Under the pieces are notes generated by a model, which saw nothing but the letters and a program-made list of their open reading frames with translations, did not search any database and was not told the origin of the DNA. This document shows positions 1 to 12,776 of a DNA stretch of 64,000 bases, piece by piece. This DNA is from Octopus sinensis (lineage: Eukaryota), in the NCBI RefSeq assembly GCF_006345805.1, contig NC_043014.1, forward strand, positions 25,792,001 to 25,856,000, read 5' to 3'. How positions within the stretch are numbered: the first letter of the stretch is position 1; every line of letters starts with the position of its first letter. A program made the translations under genes and the position numbers.

Positions 1-1206
1 TGACCATGGCATGATTTGTCACAAACTGTGTGGTCTTGGCATAGGCGGAAAACTTGGAGAGTGGCTGCACAACTTCCTAAAAGATAGAAGGCAGGCAGTT
101 GTGGTCAATGGAGCCACCTCCAAGGAAACACAAATAACAAGCGGTGTTCCACAGACACTGTCTTGGGGCCACTGATGTTCATAGTGGGCCTTTCAGACAT
201 GTCCTCAGTTGCTAAGATGGCCACCCTTGCTAGCTATGCAGATGACACAAAAGTCTCCCACACAATACAAACCCTGGAAATATTGCACATCTGCAACAGG
301 AGTTGGATACAATATACAGGTGGGCTGAGGACAACAACATGCAGTTTAATGCAGGTAAGTTCCACACCCTGCGCTACCGGCACACAAAGGTAAACGACAT
401 GCAGACTGGATACACTGGCCCGGGAAGAATTGTAATCCCTGAGTCAAAATCAGTGCGTGACCTGGGCATTGACATGAGCAATGATGCATCTTTCCAAGTG
501 CATAGTACTAATTTGGTGATTAAATGCAGACGGCTAGCTGGATGGATTCTCCGAACTTTCAGAACAAGAGAGAAGGAGACACTGATGGTCCTGTGGAAAA
601 CTTTCATCCTCAGCCGCTTGGACTACTGCTCCCAACTATGGTCGCCACACAATATAAAGCTAACAGTAAAACTTGAAGCAATTCAGAGAAGCTACACTAA
701 GAAGATCGTCTCAATGCAACATATCAGTTACTGGGAAAGACTGAAAGTATTAAAACTCTTCTCCCTAGAGCGGAGGCGGGAGAGATATGTGGTGATATAC
801 ATCTGGAAAATCCTGGAGGGTCTTGAACCAAACTTTGGCATTCAAAGTTACCCCAACCGCAGAACGGGGCGCCACTGTATGGTGCCAAAGATTCCAACAT
901 CACTATCAAAATACAGGACCAGATACTGCAACAGCTTGGATTTCAGAGGACCACAGCTCTTCAACATCCTCCCTAAATGCCTGAAAGATTTGCATGGTGT
1001 GGATGTGGGTTTCTTTAAAACTAAATTGGATCTCTTCTTGTCGGGGGTCCCAAATGAACCTACCTCACGGCAGGAGACACAGATGCGGGCAGCGGCATCA
1101 GACTCCCTTGTTGACCAAGTGCCACGTATCAGAGGTGGATTCATATATTAGTGTAGTTCATTCAGCGGTGGTACCCCAGCATGGACGCAGCCTTCGGGCT
1201 GAAACA
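1..1206 (+). mobile_element. CR1/L2-like LINE, 3' part (RT C-terminus + 3' tail), degenerate
   Basis: RT motifs SGVPQ..LGPLMF and SYADDTK, then ORF 303-1151 (KSVRDLGI, RLDYCSQLWSP, SLERRRER). 3' tail gcggtggtaccccagcatgg..gctgaaac. Same family as 3392-4500 and 32370-34376. Confidence 0.9.
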
Positions 1207-1277
1207 TTTTTAAGGATTTATATATATATAATATCAGAGCTATGGCCATGCTGATGCACCACCATTTAGTAAAGAAA

Positions 1278-1327
1278 GGTACCTCTCGCATGCTAAGCGA
1301 GTGCTCTACCATCTGAGATAATTCCCC
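1278..1327 (-). pseudogene. 5' 50 nt of tRNA-Ala(AGC); T-arm and 3' acceptor strand missing
   Basis: Minus strand reads GGGGAATTATCTCAGATGGTAGAGCACTCGCTTAGCATGCGAGAGGTACC: acceptor 5' strand, D-arm, and anticodon stem CTCGC/GCGAG around loop TTAGCAT. Confidence 0.85.
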
Positions 1328-1329
1328 CA

Positions 1330-1331
1330 GA

Positions 1332-1398
<67 letters not shown>

Positions 1399-1497
1399 GT
1401 ATATATGTGTGTATATAAACATAGGATAATTCATATATATATGTATATATATATGTATATATATATGTATATATGTGTGTATATAAACATAGGATAA

Positions 1498-1545
<48 letters not shown>

Positions 1546-1815
1546 TTATCCTATGTTTATCATCAGCATGGAAAATTCGATGAACCGATACCAGGGTAGC
1601 AAATTCACGTCAGAAATATGGTTGAAGCGACCTGTCCAAGTGTCCAAGGGTAGAAACTCCGTGTTCATGTGCAGAAATTTGTGTGTTATATATGAATAAA
1701 TAAAAGAATGGAGTCGAACAAAGATGTTAACAAAATTCCTTTACTCTCGACATATGTTTCGAAGACAACATGGTTTCATTCCAAAGGAATAAAGGGTGCA
1801 AGATGCAATCTTCTC

Positions 1816-1863
<48 letters not shown>

Positions 1864-1864
1864 A

Positions 1865-1931
<67 letters not shown>

Positions 1932-1945
1932 TATATATGTATGTA

Positions 1946-2004
<59 letters not shown>

Positions 2005-2045
2005 GTATGTATATATATATATGTATATATGTGTGTATATATATA

Positions 2046-2094
<49 letters not shown>

Positions 2095-2096
2095 TA
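1330..2096. repeat. (TA)n/(TG)n microsatellites around a Penelope-type terminal fragment
   Basis: Dinucleotide runs seen directly. 1700-1816 is homologous to 16915-17025. Confidence 0.85.
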
Positions 2097-3389
2097 CGAG
2101 GGGCGTTCAATAAGTAATGCCCCTGACCCACTTGCAGTTGTTTGATCTAGCTGAAATTTTGCATGTGCAATTATTTATATCTCTATAGATTAAGTAGCAA
2201 ATTACACCTCTGAACTAATTGTGGTTTCTGATTTACAGGTGTTTGAACTGAGTCAAGTGTGAAATGGAGCCTGTTGAGTGTCGAGCAGTGATCCGGTTTT
2301 TGTATTTGAAAGGACGCACACCACAGGAGACTTTTCATGAAATGAAAGTAACTTATGGTGATGATGCCCCATCATATGACCTTGTAAAACGATGGCATCG
2401 TGGATTCAAACATGGTTGGAACTCTGTGGAAACAGCTCCCAGATCTGGTCGCCCCCACTTCTGCCATTGATGAGGCATCTGTCCGTCAAGTTGAGGCTAC
2501 CATTTTGGAAGATCGACGCATAACTATTCACCAAATAGCCCATGAGGTCAAGATTAGTACCGGGTCTGTGGAAACTATCATTCATGACCATTTGCATATG
2601 CAAAAGGTGTCTGCCAGATGGATTCCCAGGCTGCTCACACCTTTCCAGAAGCAAGAACGCGTCGAGTGCTTAAGGATGAATTTGGAGATGTGTCAAGAAG
2701 ATGAGTCAAAATTTTTCAAAAGACTGATTGCACAGGATGAAACCTGGGTCCCTCACTATGATCCAGAGACCAAAGTCCAGTCAATGCAGTGGAAGTACCG
2801 TGATTCACCTCCTCCAAAGAAGGCAAGGGTGCAGCCCTCCGCTGGCAAGGTCATGCTCACAGTCTTCTAGGACCAAGACGAAGTAGGGATGACAGATTTC
2901 CTGGCAAAGGGTACCACAATTATAGGAGCCTGTTATGCTTCACTTTTGAGGAAATTAAGAGAAACTATCAAAATCAAGAGGCGGGGCAAGATCAGCAAAG
3001 GCATCCTCATCCTGCAGGACAACGCTCCGGTCTACAACTCGCTTGTCGCCAGATCAGAAGCACAGGCGTGCGGCTATGAACTCCTCCCTCATCCCACCTA
3101 CTCTCCTGACCTTGCACCCTCTGATTTTCACCTCTTCCCAGCCATGAAGTTGTTTTTGAAAGGAAAGCGTTTCCCAGATGATGCAGCCTTGATTTCTGAA
3201 GTCACGTCGTGGTTGGAGGACCAAACTGGGTCTTCTACAAAAACGGTCTCCAGAGCTGCATCAAACGATGGGAGAAATGCGTAACTCTGGGTGGTTCCTA
3301 TGTAGAAAAAGACTAATAACTTTGCCAAGTTTCGTTGCTCTACTGCTATGGGAAGTGGGTCAGGAGCATTACTTATGGAACGCCCCTCG
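2097..3389 (+). mobile_element. Mariner (DD34D) DNA transposon, full length, defective transposase
   Basis: TIRs cgaggggcgttcaataagtaatgcccctgacccactt / aagtgggtcaggagcattacttatggaacgcccctcg, with TA on both sides. Transposase ~2264-3316 has WIPRLL, QDETW, QDNA-34aa-D and YSPDLAPSD, with frameshifts and a stop at 2870. Confidence 0.95.
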
Positions 3390-3391
3390 TA

Positions 3392-4500
3392 GGTGGTAGT
3401 AGCCAATGGGGCCACTTCCATTAACACGCAAATAGTGAGCGGTCTTCCGCAAGGCACTGTTTTGGGACCACTACTGTTCATAATGGCCCTCTCAGACATG
3501 CCCTCAGCCACGCAGAGAGCCACGATCACAAGTTATGCAGACGATACAAAAGTTTCACAGGCAATACAGAACCCTGAAGACACTAAGTACCTGCAATGTG
3601 AGCTGGACAAAATATACAAGTGGGCTGAAAAGAATAGCATGCAGTTCAATGCTGAAAAGTTTCAAGCTTTATGCTATCAGCATGCAAAACTAAATGCAAT
3701 ACCCAATAAATACACTGGACCTGGAGGGATTGCAATCCCAGAGGCACAATCAGTGTGAGACCTGGGTATTTACATGAGTGATGATGCAATCTTTCATGTG
3801 CATATTGCTAAAGTGGCAATGAAATGTAGGCAGCTGACCAGATGGATTCTTAGAACCTTTAGAACAAGAGACCAGGAAACCATGATGGTCCTCTGGAGGA
3901 CACTTGTCCTAAGCCACTTTGACTATTGCTCTCAGCTATGATCATCATCCAGTGTCAATTTAATCACGAAGATAGCCTCTGTGCAGCATATAAGCTACTG
4001 AGAAAGACTCAAGAGATTAAGACTCTATTCCTTAGAGTGTAGGCGAGAAAGATATGCCATAATATGCATCTGGAAGATCCTAGAAGGACTTGTCCCAAAC
4101 TTTGGCATCGAGAGTTACACAAATGCCAGAACTGGGCGCCACTGCATAGTGCCAAGGACTCCAAATTTGCCATCATGATGTAGGACAAGATACTGTGATA
4201 GCCTGGGCTTCAGAGGCCCACAGGTCTTCAATATCCTCCTGAAGAACCTGAGAGACCTGCATGGGGTGGATGCAGATGTCTTTAAAATAAAACTGGATCT
4301 CTTCTTGTCAGGTGTCCCAGATGAACCAACTTCACGGCAGGAGGTGCAGATGAGTGCAGCTGCATCGAACTCTCTCATGCACCAAATGGCAATTGCTAAA
4401 AAGCATTCGTGAAGTAAAATCATGTAGCAACACCAAATGGCGGTGCCCCAGCATGGCCACAGCTCGTGAGCTGAAACTAGATAAAGAAAGATAAAGATAA
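3392..4500 (+). mobile_element. CR1/L2-like LINE 3' fragment
   Basis: GLPQGTVLGPLLF and SYADDTK motifs; tail aaatggcggtgccccagcatggccacagctc..gctgaaactag followed by (gataaa)n. Confidence 0.9.
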
Positions 4501-4504
4501 AGAT

Positions 4505-4768
4505 ATATATATGAAAAAACAAGTCAAGATAGAAAATGCTAAAATAATTTTATAAAGAACATTTCAGTACCGGTTTCGGTCATTTGAGACCTTTTCAACT
4601 GTAACTATTAAATAATTGAATTTAGAAAAATTAAAAGAAAAGTTTTTCTAAATTGAATTATTTAATAGTTACAGTTGAAAAAGTCTCAAATGACCGAAAC
4701 CCGTACTGAAATGTTCTTTATAACATTATTTTAGCATTTTCTATCTTGACTTGTTTTTTCATATATAT
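4505..4768. repeat. ~265-bp near-perfect fold-back; each arm has a hammerhead-like motif (Penelope-type terminus)
   Basis: Arms ~4505-4630 and ~4642-4768 are reverse complements with few mismatches. Confidence 0.85.
4565..4601 (-). ncRNA. Minimal type-I hammerhead ribozyme motif, U3-A8 variant (mirror copy 4672-4708 +)
   Basis: cag TTGAAAA GGTC-tcaaat-GACC GAA AC-CG-GT A ctg. Confidence 0.6.
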
Positions 4769-4792
4769 CAACTCGTATGTCCCTTTTCATCC

Positions 4793-4858
<66 letters not shown>

Positions 4859-5059
4859 CTGCATCCATCTATATATCTTATATATAATGATGGATTCTCT
4901 TGGTATGAATGACAAATGAGGGTTCAGTAAAATAGTGTTGATCATGTTCTAGGGACATGGTGTCTCTTGAGACCTGCTGGTGCTTTTCAAACCTTTTGGC
5001 AAATGGAACAAATTGAAAACTCAAGTTTGCTTGAGTGCTCGTGGATTATTTACTATGTG

Positions 5060-7350
5060 TTTTCTTGAGTGCATGGCAAGGCCTACTTTGCTTTGTGCTA
5101 CAAAACAACAATGATGAGTAAGGTTTACATGTAGAAGAGCAGCGTTTTGCCAGCATGCCTTCATACTTGTAGGAAGTCGGTCCCGATGTTGGAGTCAACT
5201 TTACTCAAATCTTTGAACTGAGGAGGAGCTGGACTGGCACCAGATCCGGTGTTCTGTTGCTTTGTTTCCCGAGGAAGAAAAAGGAATGGTGCATTGCTTC
5301 AAATTGTCTTTGAAGCACAAGAGTGGCCTTCTGTTGGGAATTGGCCAGATAGAAGTTGCTTTGGAATTCCGATATCACTCACATGTGAAAGATGACCATA
5401 CCATCTAAACTGAATTTTGATGAGGATGGCTTTAGTACCCGATAAGTTGCTACCTCACTGTTATGAATATGGTCACTTAGTTTTATGTTGGAGATGATAC
5501 ACAAACATTGCATATGAAAAGCTTTAAGCTGGTTGGTATGCTTTTCATATGAAGTCCATGATTCATCACCATAAAGCAATTTTGTCAAAATCACTGACTT
5601 TCACCTTCGACAATATGTCCTGTCTGTTCCAAAGCCTATGATGAAGCTTACCAAAAGCCGAACTAGCCTTCCTAATTCTGGGCTCAATTTCTTTATCCAT
5701 CTTAGCATCATTAGACACAATGGAACCAAGATAAGTGAAGGAAGAAACAGTTTTTAATGCTTTCCCATCAACATATACAGTAGGAACAACAGTGGGAAAA
5801 TGGTCACGAATGGGCTGATGGACAAACTCAGTTTTCTTGATATTGATGGTAAGACCAAAATCCTTTGATGCAAGTGAGTTGTTTAGAATCCATTACATGT
5901 CCTCAACAGTGTGTGCTACATGTGCACAATCATCTGTGAAGAGCTAATGTTGAACTGTTTGCACCAAAGTCTTAGTTTTTGCTTTAAAATGCTGTTGGTT
6001 GAACAAGCCACCACCAGTTCTGTACTCAAACTTTACTCATTCTTTAACACCCTTGAACGCTGATTCCAACATGATGGAGAAATACAAAGCAAATAAGAGT
6101 GGTGCAAGAACACAGTCTTGTTTTGTCCCAATTGAGACTGTGAATAAATCAAACACTGCCCTGCTAGATCTGACAGAAGCCATTATCCGTTCATGGAAAG
6201 AAATGATGACATTGAGCATCTCTTTGGGAACACCTAGCTTTCTAAGGACAACCTAAAGAGCATCCCTAGATATGGTATTGAAAGCTTTAGTTAGATGTAC
6301 AAAAGTTACAAAAAGGTTTTGGTTGTGCTCATGAGCCTTTCCCTGCAGCTGTCTTAGGCTAAAAATCATATCCACTATACCTATACCAGCCCAAAATCCA
6401 CACAGATTCAGGCAACACTAAGCATCATTTAATCTGTTTAAGATAACTCATCTGAGGATCTTTTTGGCAACACACAAAAGAGAAATACCTCTATGGTTGT
6501 CACATTCACATTTGTTGCCTATGTGCTTATAAATCTGGACAATAGATTCCCAGATTAAGAGATCACATGACTTGTTCAGCAGGGGACTGCTACCACATTT
6601 ATATATCTTGGCTGGTATGCAATCATTCCGGACAACTTTCCATTTGAGAGCTGTTTTATGGCCTACTTTTATTTTTATCTCAGCATTTGATGGAGCAGCT
6701 GAGAGTTCTTCAAGGGCAGGCCTCTGTAGCAGGTTCTTCAACAATTGAGTTTATATTCAGAACATTTGAAAAATGCTCTGTCCAACATTTTGTGATCTTT
6801 TTATCTGTCAGAAGATTACCCTCCATTGAAAGTATGGAAGTTGAGCCACCAGACACAGGTCCAAAAACGAGAGATGTTTGGATCACTTGAGTCGAACCAA
6901 TCTTGGTGTTTCCTCTTAACATAGCCGGGTGTTTCACAAGATGACTCAAATACAACATTTTTAAAAGCAGACCACAATGATTCAGTATCTATATTGTCTG
7001 AGATGCCAGCAAGTTTGTTGTCACAGTTTGTTTGAAATGAGGTTAAATTGTCATTGCTCCTCAGCTTTGTCATGTCCACTTTTCAAATTGGTTAAGTGTG
7101 ATTGTTACAAATAGGACTGCAGATAGTAAAATTCACCTTTGATCATATCAGTCTATGATCAGACCAACACTCCCCAATGAAGAAAGAATATGTTACTTGG
7201 ACATCTTCCCTCATGGAAGATGTCATGTTTATGAAATCAATGAGGTGATAATGGTTTGATTGGGGATGCTTCCAGTTAGTTTTGTGGTGTTTGGGGAGTT
7301 GGAAAATAGTATTGGTAATCAAAAGTCCATACTCACTGCATAGTATTCAA
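5060..7350 (-). mobile_element. RTE-clade LINE, degenerate (EN end to RT to C-terminus)
   Basis: Fragments GYVKRKHQDWFD, WTEHFSNVLN, CDNHRGISLLCVAKKI, GTKQDCVLAPLLFALYFS, LLYGDESWT; many stops and frameshifts. Confidence 0.85.
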
Positions 7351-7454
7351 ATACAAGGGGCATTTTCCTTGTTTCTACTTGTCTCTCTCTCTCTCTCTTG
7401 TTTACTCTTGTGGGTTTGAGGTCATTGTAAATTCTTGGCAGAGAAGAAGAAAAC

Positions 7455-7920
7455 CACTATCATCATCATCATATAAAGTCCGTTGTCCATGCTGGCATGG
7501 GTTGGACTGTTTGACGGGGCTGGCATGCTGGAAGGCTGCACCAGACTCCAGTCTGATTTGGCATGTTTTTTTACAGCTGGATACCCTTCCTAATACTAAC
7601 CACTCCTGGGTGCTTCTACATGTCACTGGCACTGGTGCCATTTGCATGACACCAGTATCTGCCATGACTGCGATTTTGCTTGGCTTGATGGGTCTTCTCA
7701 AGCACAACATAATGTCAAAGGTCTCAGTCATTGCCTCCATGAGGCCAAATGCTCAAAAGGAACTCAGCCACTTTTCCCCCATGAAGCCCAGTGCTTGGAA
7801 GGAACTCAGCCACTTTGTCTCCATGTGACTCAATGCTTGAAAGGTGTTCTTTACATGCCACCAGCACAGGAGTGAGTTACTAGGACTATGATTTCACTTG
7901 GCTTGATGGATGAGATTTTG
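7455..7920 (-). mobile_element. RTE-type 3' UTR/tail fragment ending in (ATG)n
   Basis: Same tail family as 13180-13475, 15155-15700, 22500-22830, 22950-23450 and 25413-25640. Confidence 0.75.
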
Positions 7921-8900
7921 CATCAGCCACAGATTTGGTTTGTGGCACTCAGCAAGCTGCCCCTCAGGAGTTTCCAGTTGGCCTCTATGTCATAAGTCTG
8001 TAGCTCCTCCTCCCTTTCAACAAATTTTTCAATTGAGATATCCGTAAATCTGTGACCATGTGAAGGTTCCTTAAGCTTCCAAATCCTTCTTTTTCCAATT
8101 GGTTTACTTCTTGGCATCCTTCTAGCCTGGAGTCTAAAGTCACTCATGATTAGTTTATGCTGTGCGGGGGGGGGGGTGTACATTCTTCACCAGTGAGGGT
8201 CTTTGTATTTAGGAGCAACCATGCATCTTGCTGTCTGGTAAGAATGTAATTGATCTGACTTGCACAGACACCTGATTGCTGTGTTATCAGGTGACTGGCT
8301 GACTTCCTGAAGTTGGTTTTGCAAATCAGAAGGTTATTTGCATCACAGAACTCCAGTAGCCTTGTTCTCTCTTCATTTTGGAATCCAATTCCATGGCCCT
8401 CATGCACACCATGGAAGATTCCAGGCTGCGGTCTGACATGTCCATTGAAATTCCCAGCCACAAAGAGGAGATCATTGTCACTTGTTTGAGGTAGCCTGCA
8501 GAAGAATATCATAAAAGTGGTCCTTCACTTAATTTGGTAGGCCTGCTTGAGGGACATAGGCAGAGATAATTGTCACTATACTATTCAGTAAGACTAGACT
8601 AAGCTTAAGCACTCTATCACACACTCTGACTACCTCTATGACCTTATCCACCCATTTCTCTGCAAGAAGTATACCCACACCATCTACCCCGTTACTCTTA
8701 CCTTTCCAGAAGATTTTATACCTATGTGTCTTGCCTGTGAGGTACCTGGCTGAAGCTCTTCTCCACCTTACATCTTGGATGCAACATATATCAACAAGCC
8801 TCCATTCAAGCATCTCAATGATCTCACTAGACCTACCTTTCAATGTTCCTACATTGATAGTGCCAACTCTGAAAACTTGGAAAGAGATGTGGGAAGGAGT
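7921..8900 (-). mobile_element. RTE LINE APE-endonuclease fragment
   Basis: VGTINVGTLKG, DICCIQDVRW, GVGILLAEKW, IISAYVPQ, AGNFNGHV, QINYIL, QHKLIMSDF. Confidence 0.85.
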
Positions 8901-10374
8901 GATGTTATTTAGCACTTGAAAAAATGGTTTCTGTGATTGTTTGGTAACAGACATTTTACATCAGTTGTTCTCTTACTTTAACCTACCATCATTCAAAAAT
9001 GTTAAAATTTGTTGCCCCTATTGGCAGGGGGTGAGTGCAATGTAAGCATTGTAAATATAAGTGTAATGAGTGTTGTAAATATAAGCATTACTACAGCAAA
9101 TATAATACATAATAAAACGCAATTTGTCCTGTTGGTCATGCTATGGAATGAAGAGTAAATAAACAAATGGAGTGAAGTGGTTAACAGTGAGAGACACTGA
9201 AAGGCAGGTGAACAGCATTCAAAGGTTTTATTTTGAAGATGGTGATATTTTAATCAAACTAAAACTGCGAAATTTTTATAACTTGTATTTACTTCATCAG
9301 TTTCACACACACCCATAAATATATACATGAAATTAAATATGAAACACTTTTGTTTTCAAAATATAATTGTTCACATATATATATAAATGTTATGTGAACA
9401 ATAATAAATATATGATGGCCTCTCAGTGAAAGGTGATGTATGAGAGTGTTCAGTTTTTACCAAATGACCTGCACAAATGATTCATTTCTTGTGACTAAAT
9501 GCTTGTGACACACATTAGATCACTCTCTCTGTCAAATTATCTGAACAGGTGCAAATGAGATTTTTTTTTCTTTGCATAATCTAAGAATCTCCATGTGTAG
9601 AACACAGATTCATAAAAGTTTCCGAAAATTCCAAAAACTTAAAAAGTTACAATGGGTTATATGGTGTGATTAAACCAGATTTCTGCCACAGGGTGTATAT
9701 CAATACACTCTGTAAATGTTTAAATGCTAACAACAAACAATATTTCCAATTGCATAATGTATACAATTGGAAAAATCATACAAAAAATGCACATGGAAAC
9801 ATCACTTGCACCATGTAAACTGATGTTATGAAATACAAACTCAGTTTCCACTATTGTATGGAAAATAAAAATCAGAAAATACATGCATTGCCAAAAGCAG
9901 CACTATACACTTTTTGTCCATTTACACAAGTTCCACATTCATAAGCACTACTAGACTACAAATTCATGAAATCTAAGTTTCATGAAAATGGAAAGGAGAG
10001 GTAAAAAACAAAAAACAGGAATCAACTAGCAACGTTGCATTGTTATTGCATGTGTTGTTGGCATGCTGGATGTTGAGTGAGCTACTGAGCATCACTGCAC
10101 TCACTTTTCAATGGATGCCTAAACAGGATAGCGAACATGATTAAGACAAGATTGATCACATGAGCATTTGTGGACCATGAGGCAGTCACCAGATTCTGAT
10201 TTTATTGTATTCTCAAGATTAATGTATATTAATCTCAATTATTTCTGTTTAATTTTTTTATGTCAAGAGAAAATGCTTTTAAAAGTGGAAATATTTATAA
10301 ATTCCAGGGTAATATAATAAATAATTTTGATACATAATGGCATTTAAACTTACAATACATACATAATATATATA

Positions 10375-11985
10375 TCTCTTATTATAAAAGGCAGATTTTA
10401 TCTGCCTCCCTTTGGGAGTTATAGAAATCTACAATATAGGATTTCTTCAATTACAATTTACCTAGCATTTTTAAGAGTAGAATGCATCGGGTCATGCCAG
10501 GTCCAGTTTTTAAAATTTAAACTCCAATTAAGCAAAATTTACAGAAAACTCACATTCTGGTGTGTGTGTCAAATGCTTTTCTTAGTCTGGTTTACACCAC
10601 ACGCAAACGCACACACACAGTGTGCAACGAATAAACTGAAAGTAAATAGCGACAGAGTGATTTGAGGAAGACTAAACTGAAAGTATTTAAACCACTACTC
10701 AAAAAATAAAAAAAACACAGCAAACAGAAACAAATAAATACATAACGATTTACTCCTCACACAATTTCTTCAATTAGAGTGTACCCATGATTTTTCAGAG
10801 TACTTCAGTGGGTGATGCCATAAAAAATTTCTTTCAATTTTACCACCAATTAAGACAAAATTTGAGAAAACTCAATATTTTAACATATCACTCCGAAAGC
10901 ATTGATGTACATGTGTGCGTGCGTGAGTGTGTGTGTGTCATTCCTCACACACGCATACACATACATATACAACTACATACAACTACATACACATACAACT
11001 ACATACAAACAAGTGTGTGTTTGTTATTAAAAAAGGCGCCAAAACACAACTCACTTATCATTCCAACACATTTGCAAAGACACACGGACGGACAGAAAAG
11101 GTAAATTGGTTTTTATTTTACTCTGTATATATTTTATTATATAATATTATATATAGATATATGTATATATAATTGCAGTATGAAACAGTGTTTATGTATA
11201 AACAGACGACACTTATATATAGTTATTATAATAAGAGATTAATAAATGTATGCATCCGTTTAACCCTTTCGTTACCAAGCCGCCCGAATTTACCTATTCA
11301 TATTTAAATGAGAATATCAGAGCAAATCTCTTTAGTACATTCGTGAAAACACGTATTATACTTCGTAAACACTTCAACTACAGTTTTGTACAAAAATCGA
11401 AGTGTAATTTTAATTCCGTGAATTATGGGAGATTTTTTTCCAAAATTTGTTCCTATTGTGTTTTCAAAATTTGTAATTCTGACAAAAAATGGATACGAAT
11501 TTCATTATATCAAGCAGCGAGTCAGAATTCGAAGGATTTTCTACTGAAGACCTTCATAAATCTAACTCTATGACTGAAAAAAAAAAGCATCTTTATATAA
11601 GAGTGAAGTTGTGTGTCTGTCTCCTACGATTTAGATTCCTAACTACTCCCACATTTTGCGGTGCAGTTTAACCAAAAGCGGGTATCTTATAGTCGTGATT
11701 CATATCGAGCCCTTCTGGGTATTAGCGTGCGTCTACGATGAGTCTACGATTTAAAAAAAATTTACCATCATATTTTTCCATTTTAATGCATGTTTTTCGC
11801 TTTTATATAAGGGAAGTAACTCTCTAAAAATATCTATGATGTGTCAACGATTTAAAAAAAAATTTACCTTAATTTTTTTTCAATTTTTAATGCATTTTTT
11901 TGCTATTTTTTGGCTATAACTCTCTAAAAATGCTTATATAGTTATTTCCCTTACAAACCCGAGCAATGCCGGGCGATACTGCTAG
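10375..11985 (+). mobile_element. Non-autonomous Helitron(s); 5' ends at 10375 and 11590, 3' end at 11985
   Basis: A|TCtcttattataaaaggcag and A|TCtttatataagag 5' termini; 3' hairpin cccgagcaatgccggg, then CTAG|T. Confidence 0.75.
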
Positions 11986-12128
11986 TATATATATATAACA
12001 ATTAAGGATAACTTCTTAATAAGGAATCTTAACAAGAAATTATCAGGTAGTTAGTGTAAAAACCTCATAAAAGAAAAGAATTCGAAAATAATTTTTTTCT
12101 TTTGAACAAATTAATTATATCTATATTT

Positions 12129-12583
12129 TATAGAGGGCATTATTACACATAAATGCCTCACACTAAGAGGGACAAAGTCATTACTACCAAAATTACACTA
12201 ATCATACCTAAATGCAGTTCTTCAAAGCAAGACATTTAAAAAATGAATTTAGTTCTGTATCACCATGATTTCACATTTAACTTACGTCTATGATCCTCAG
12301 CAGAACTGATTCTGAACACATCATAAATAAACCACCAACCTTACCTAGCGAAGACGAACAGACATCTATTCACTCCGGCCAAGCACATGGAATGTTTATA
12401 AATCATATATCCGGTAAATGGGATCATAGACGTAAGTTAAATGTGAAATCACGGTGATACAGAACTAAATTCATTTTTTAAATGTCTTGCTTTGAAGAAC
12501 TGCATTTAGGTATGATTAGTGTAATTTTGGTAGTAATGACTTTGTCCCTCTTAGTGTGAGGCATTTATGTGTAATAATGCCCT

Positions 12584-12588
<5 letters not shown>
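12129..12588. repeat. Inverted repeat, arms ~12129-12296 and ~12422-12588 (Penelope-type terminus)
   Basis: ~165-bp near-identical reverse-complement arms. Confidence 0.85.
12251..12307 (-). ncRNA. Type-I hammerhead ribozyme motif
   Basis: agttctg CTGAGGA t-cat..atg-t GAA ATCA-tgg-TGAT A cagaact: perfect 7-bp stem I, intact core, 4-bp stem III. Confidence 0.75.
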
Positions 12589-12630
<42 letters not shown>

Positions 12631-12740
12631 TATATATGTGCCCAATAAGATTGAAGTGCACATTTCACACTCTGACTTGAAAATAGGTTCGGTGAAGTTG
12701 TGATAAAAGGTAGATTTAAAAATGAATCAAGGTGATTTTA

Positions 12741-12775
<35 letters not shown>

Positions 12776-12776
<1 letters not shown>

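Noticed and set aside
1615-1672. Hammerhead-like atatg-gttgaagcg-acc..ggt-aGAAAC..GTT-catgt
   Set aside because: Core too far from consensus to support.
1708-2145. Long Y/I-rich ORFs here and at 14.7-15.2, 22.2, 28.1-28.7, 37.1, 39-41.9 and 53.2 kb
   Set aside because: Translations of (TA)n, (TG)n, (TACA)n and (TAA)n microsatellites, not proteins.
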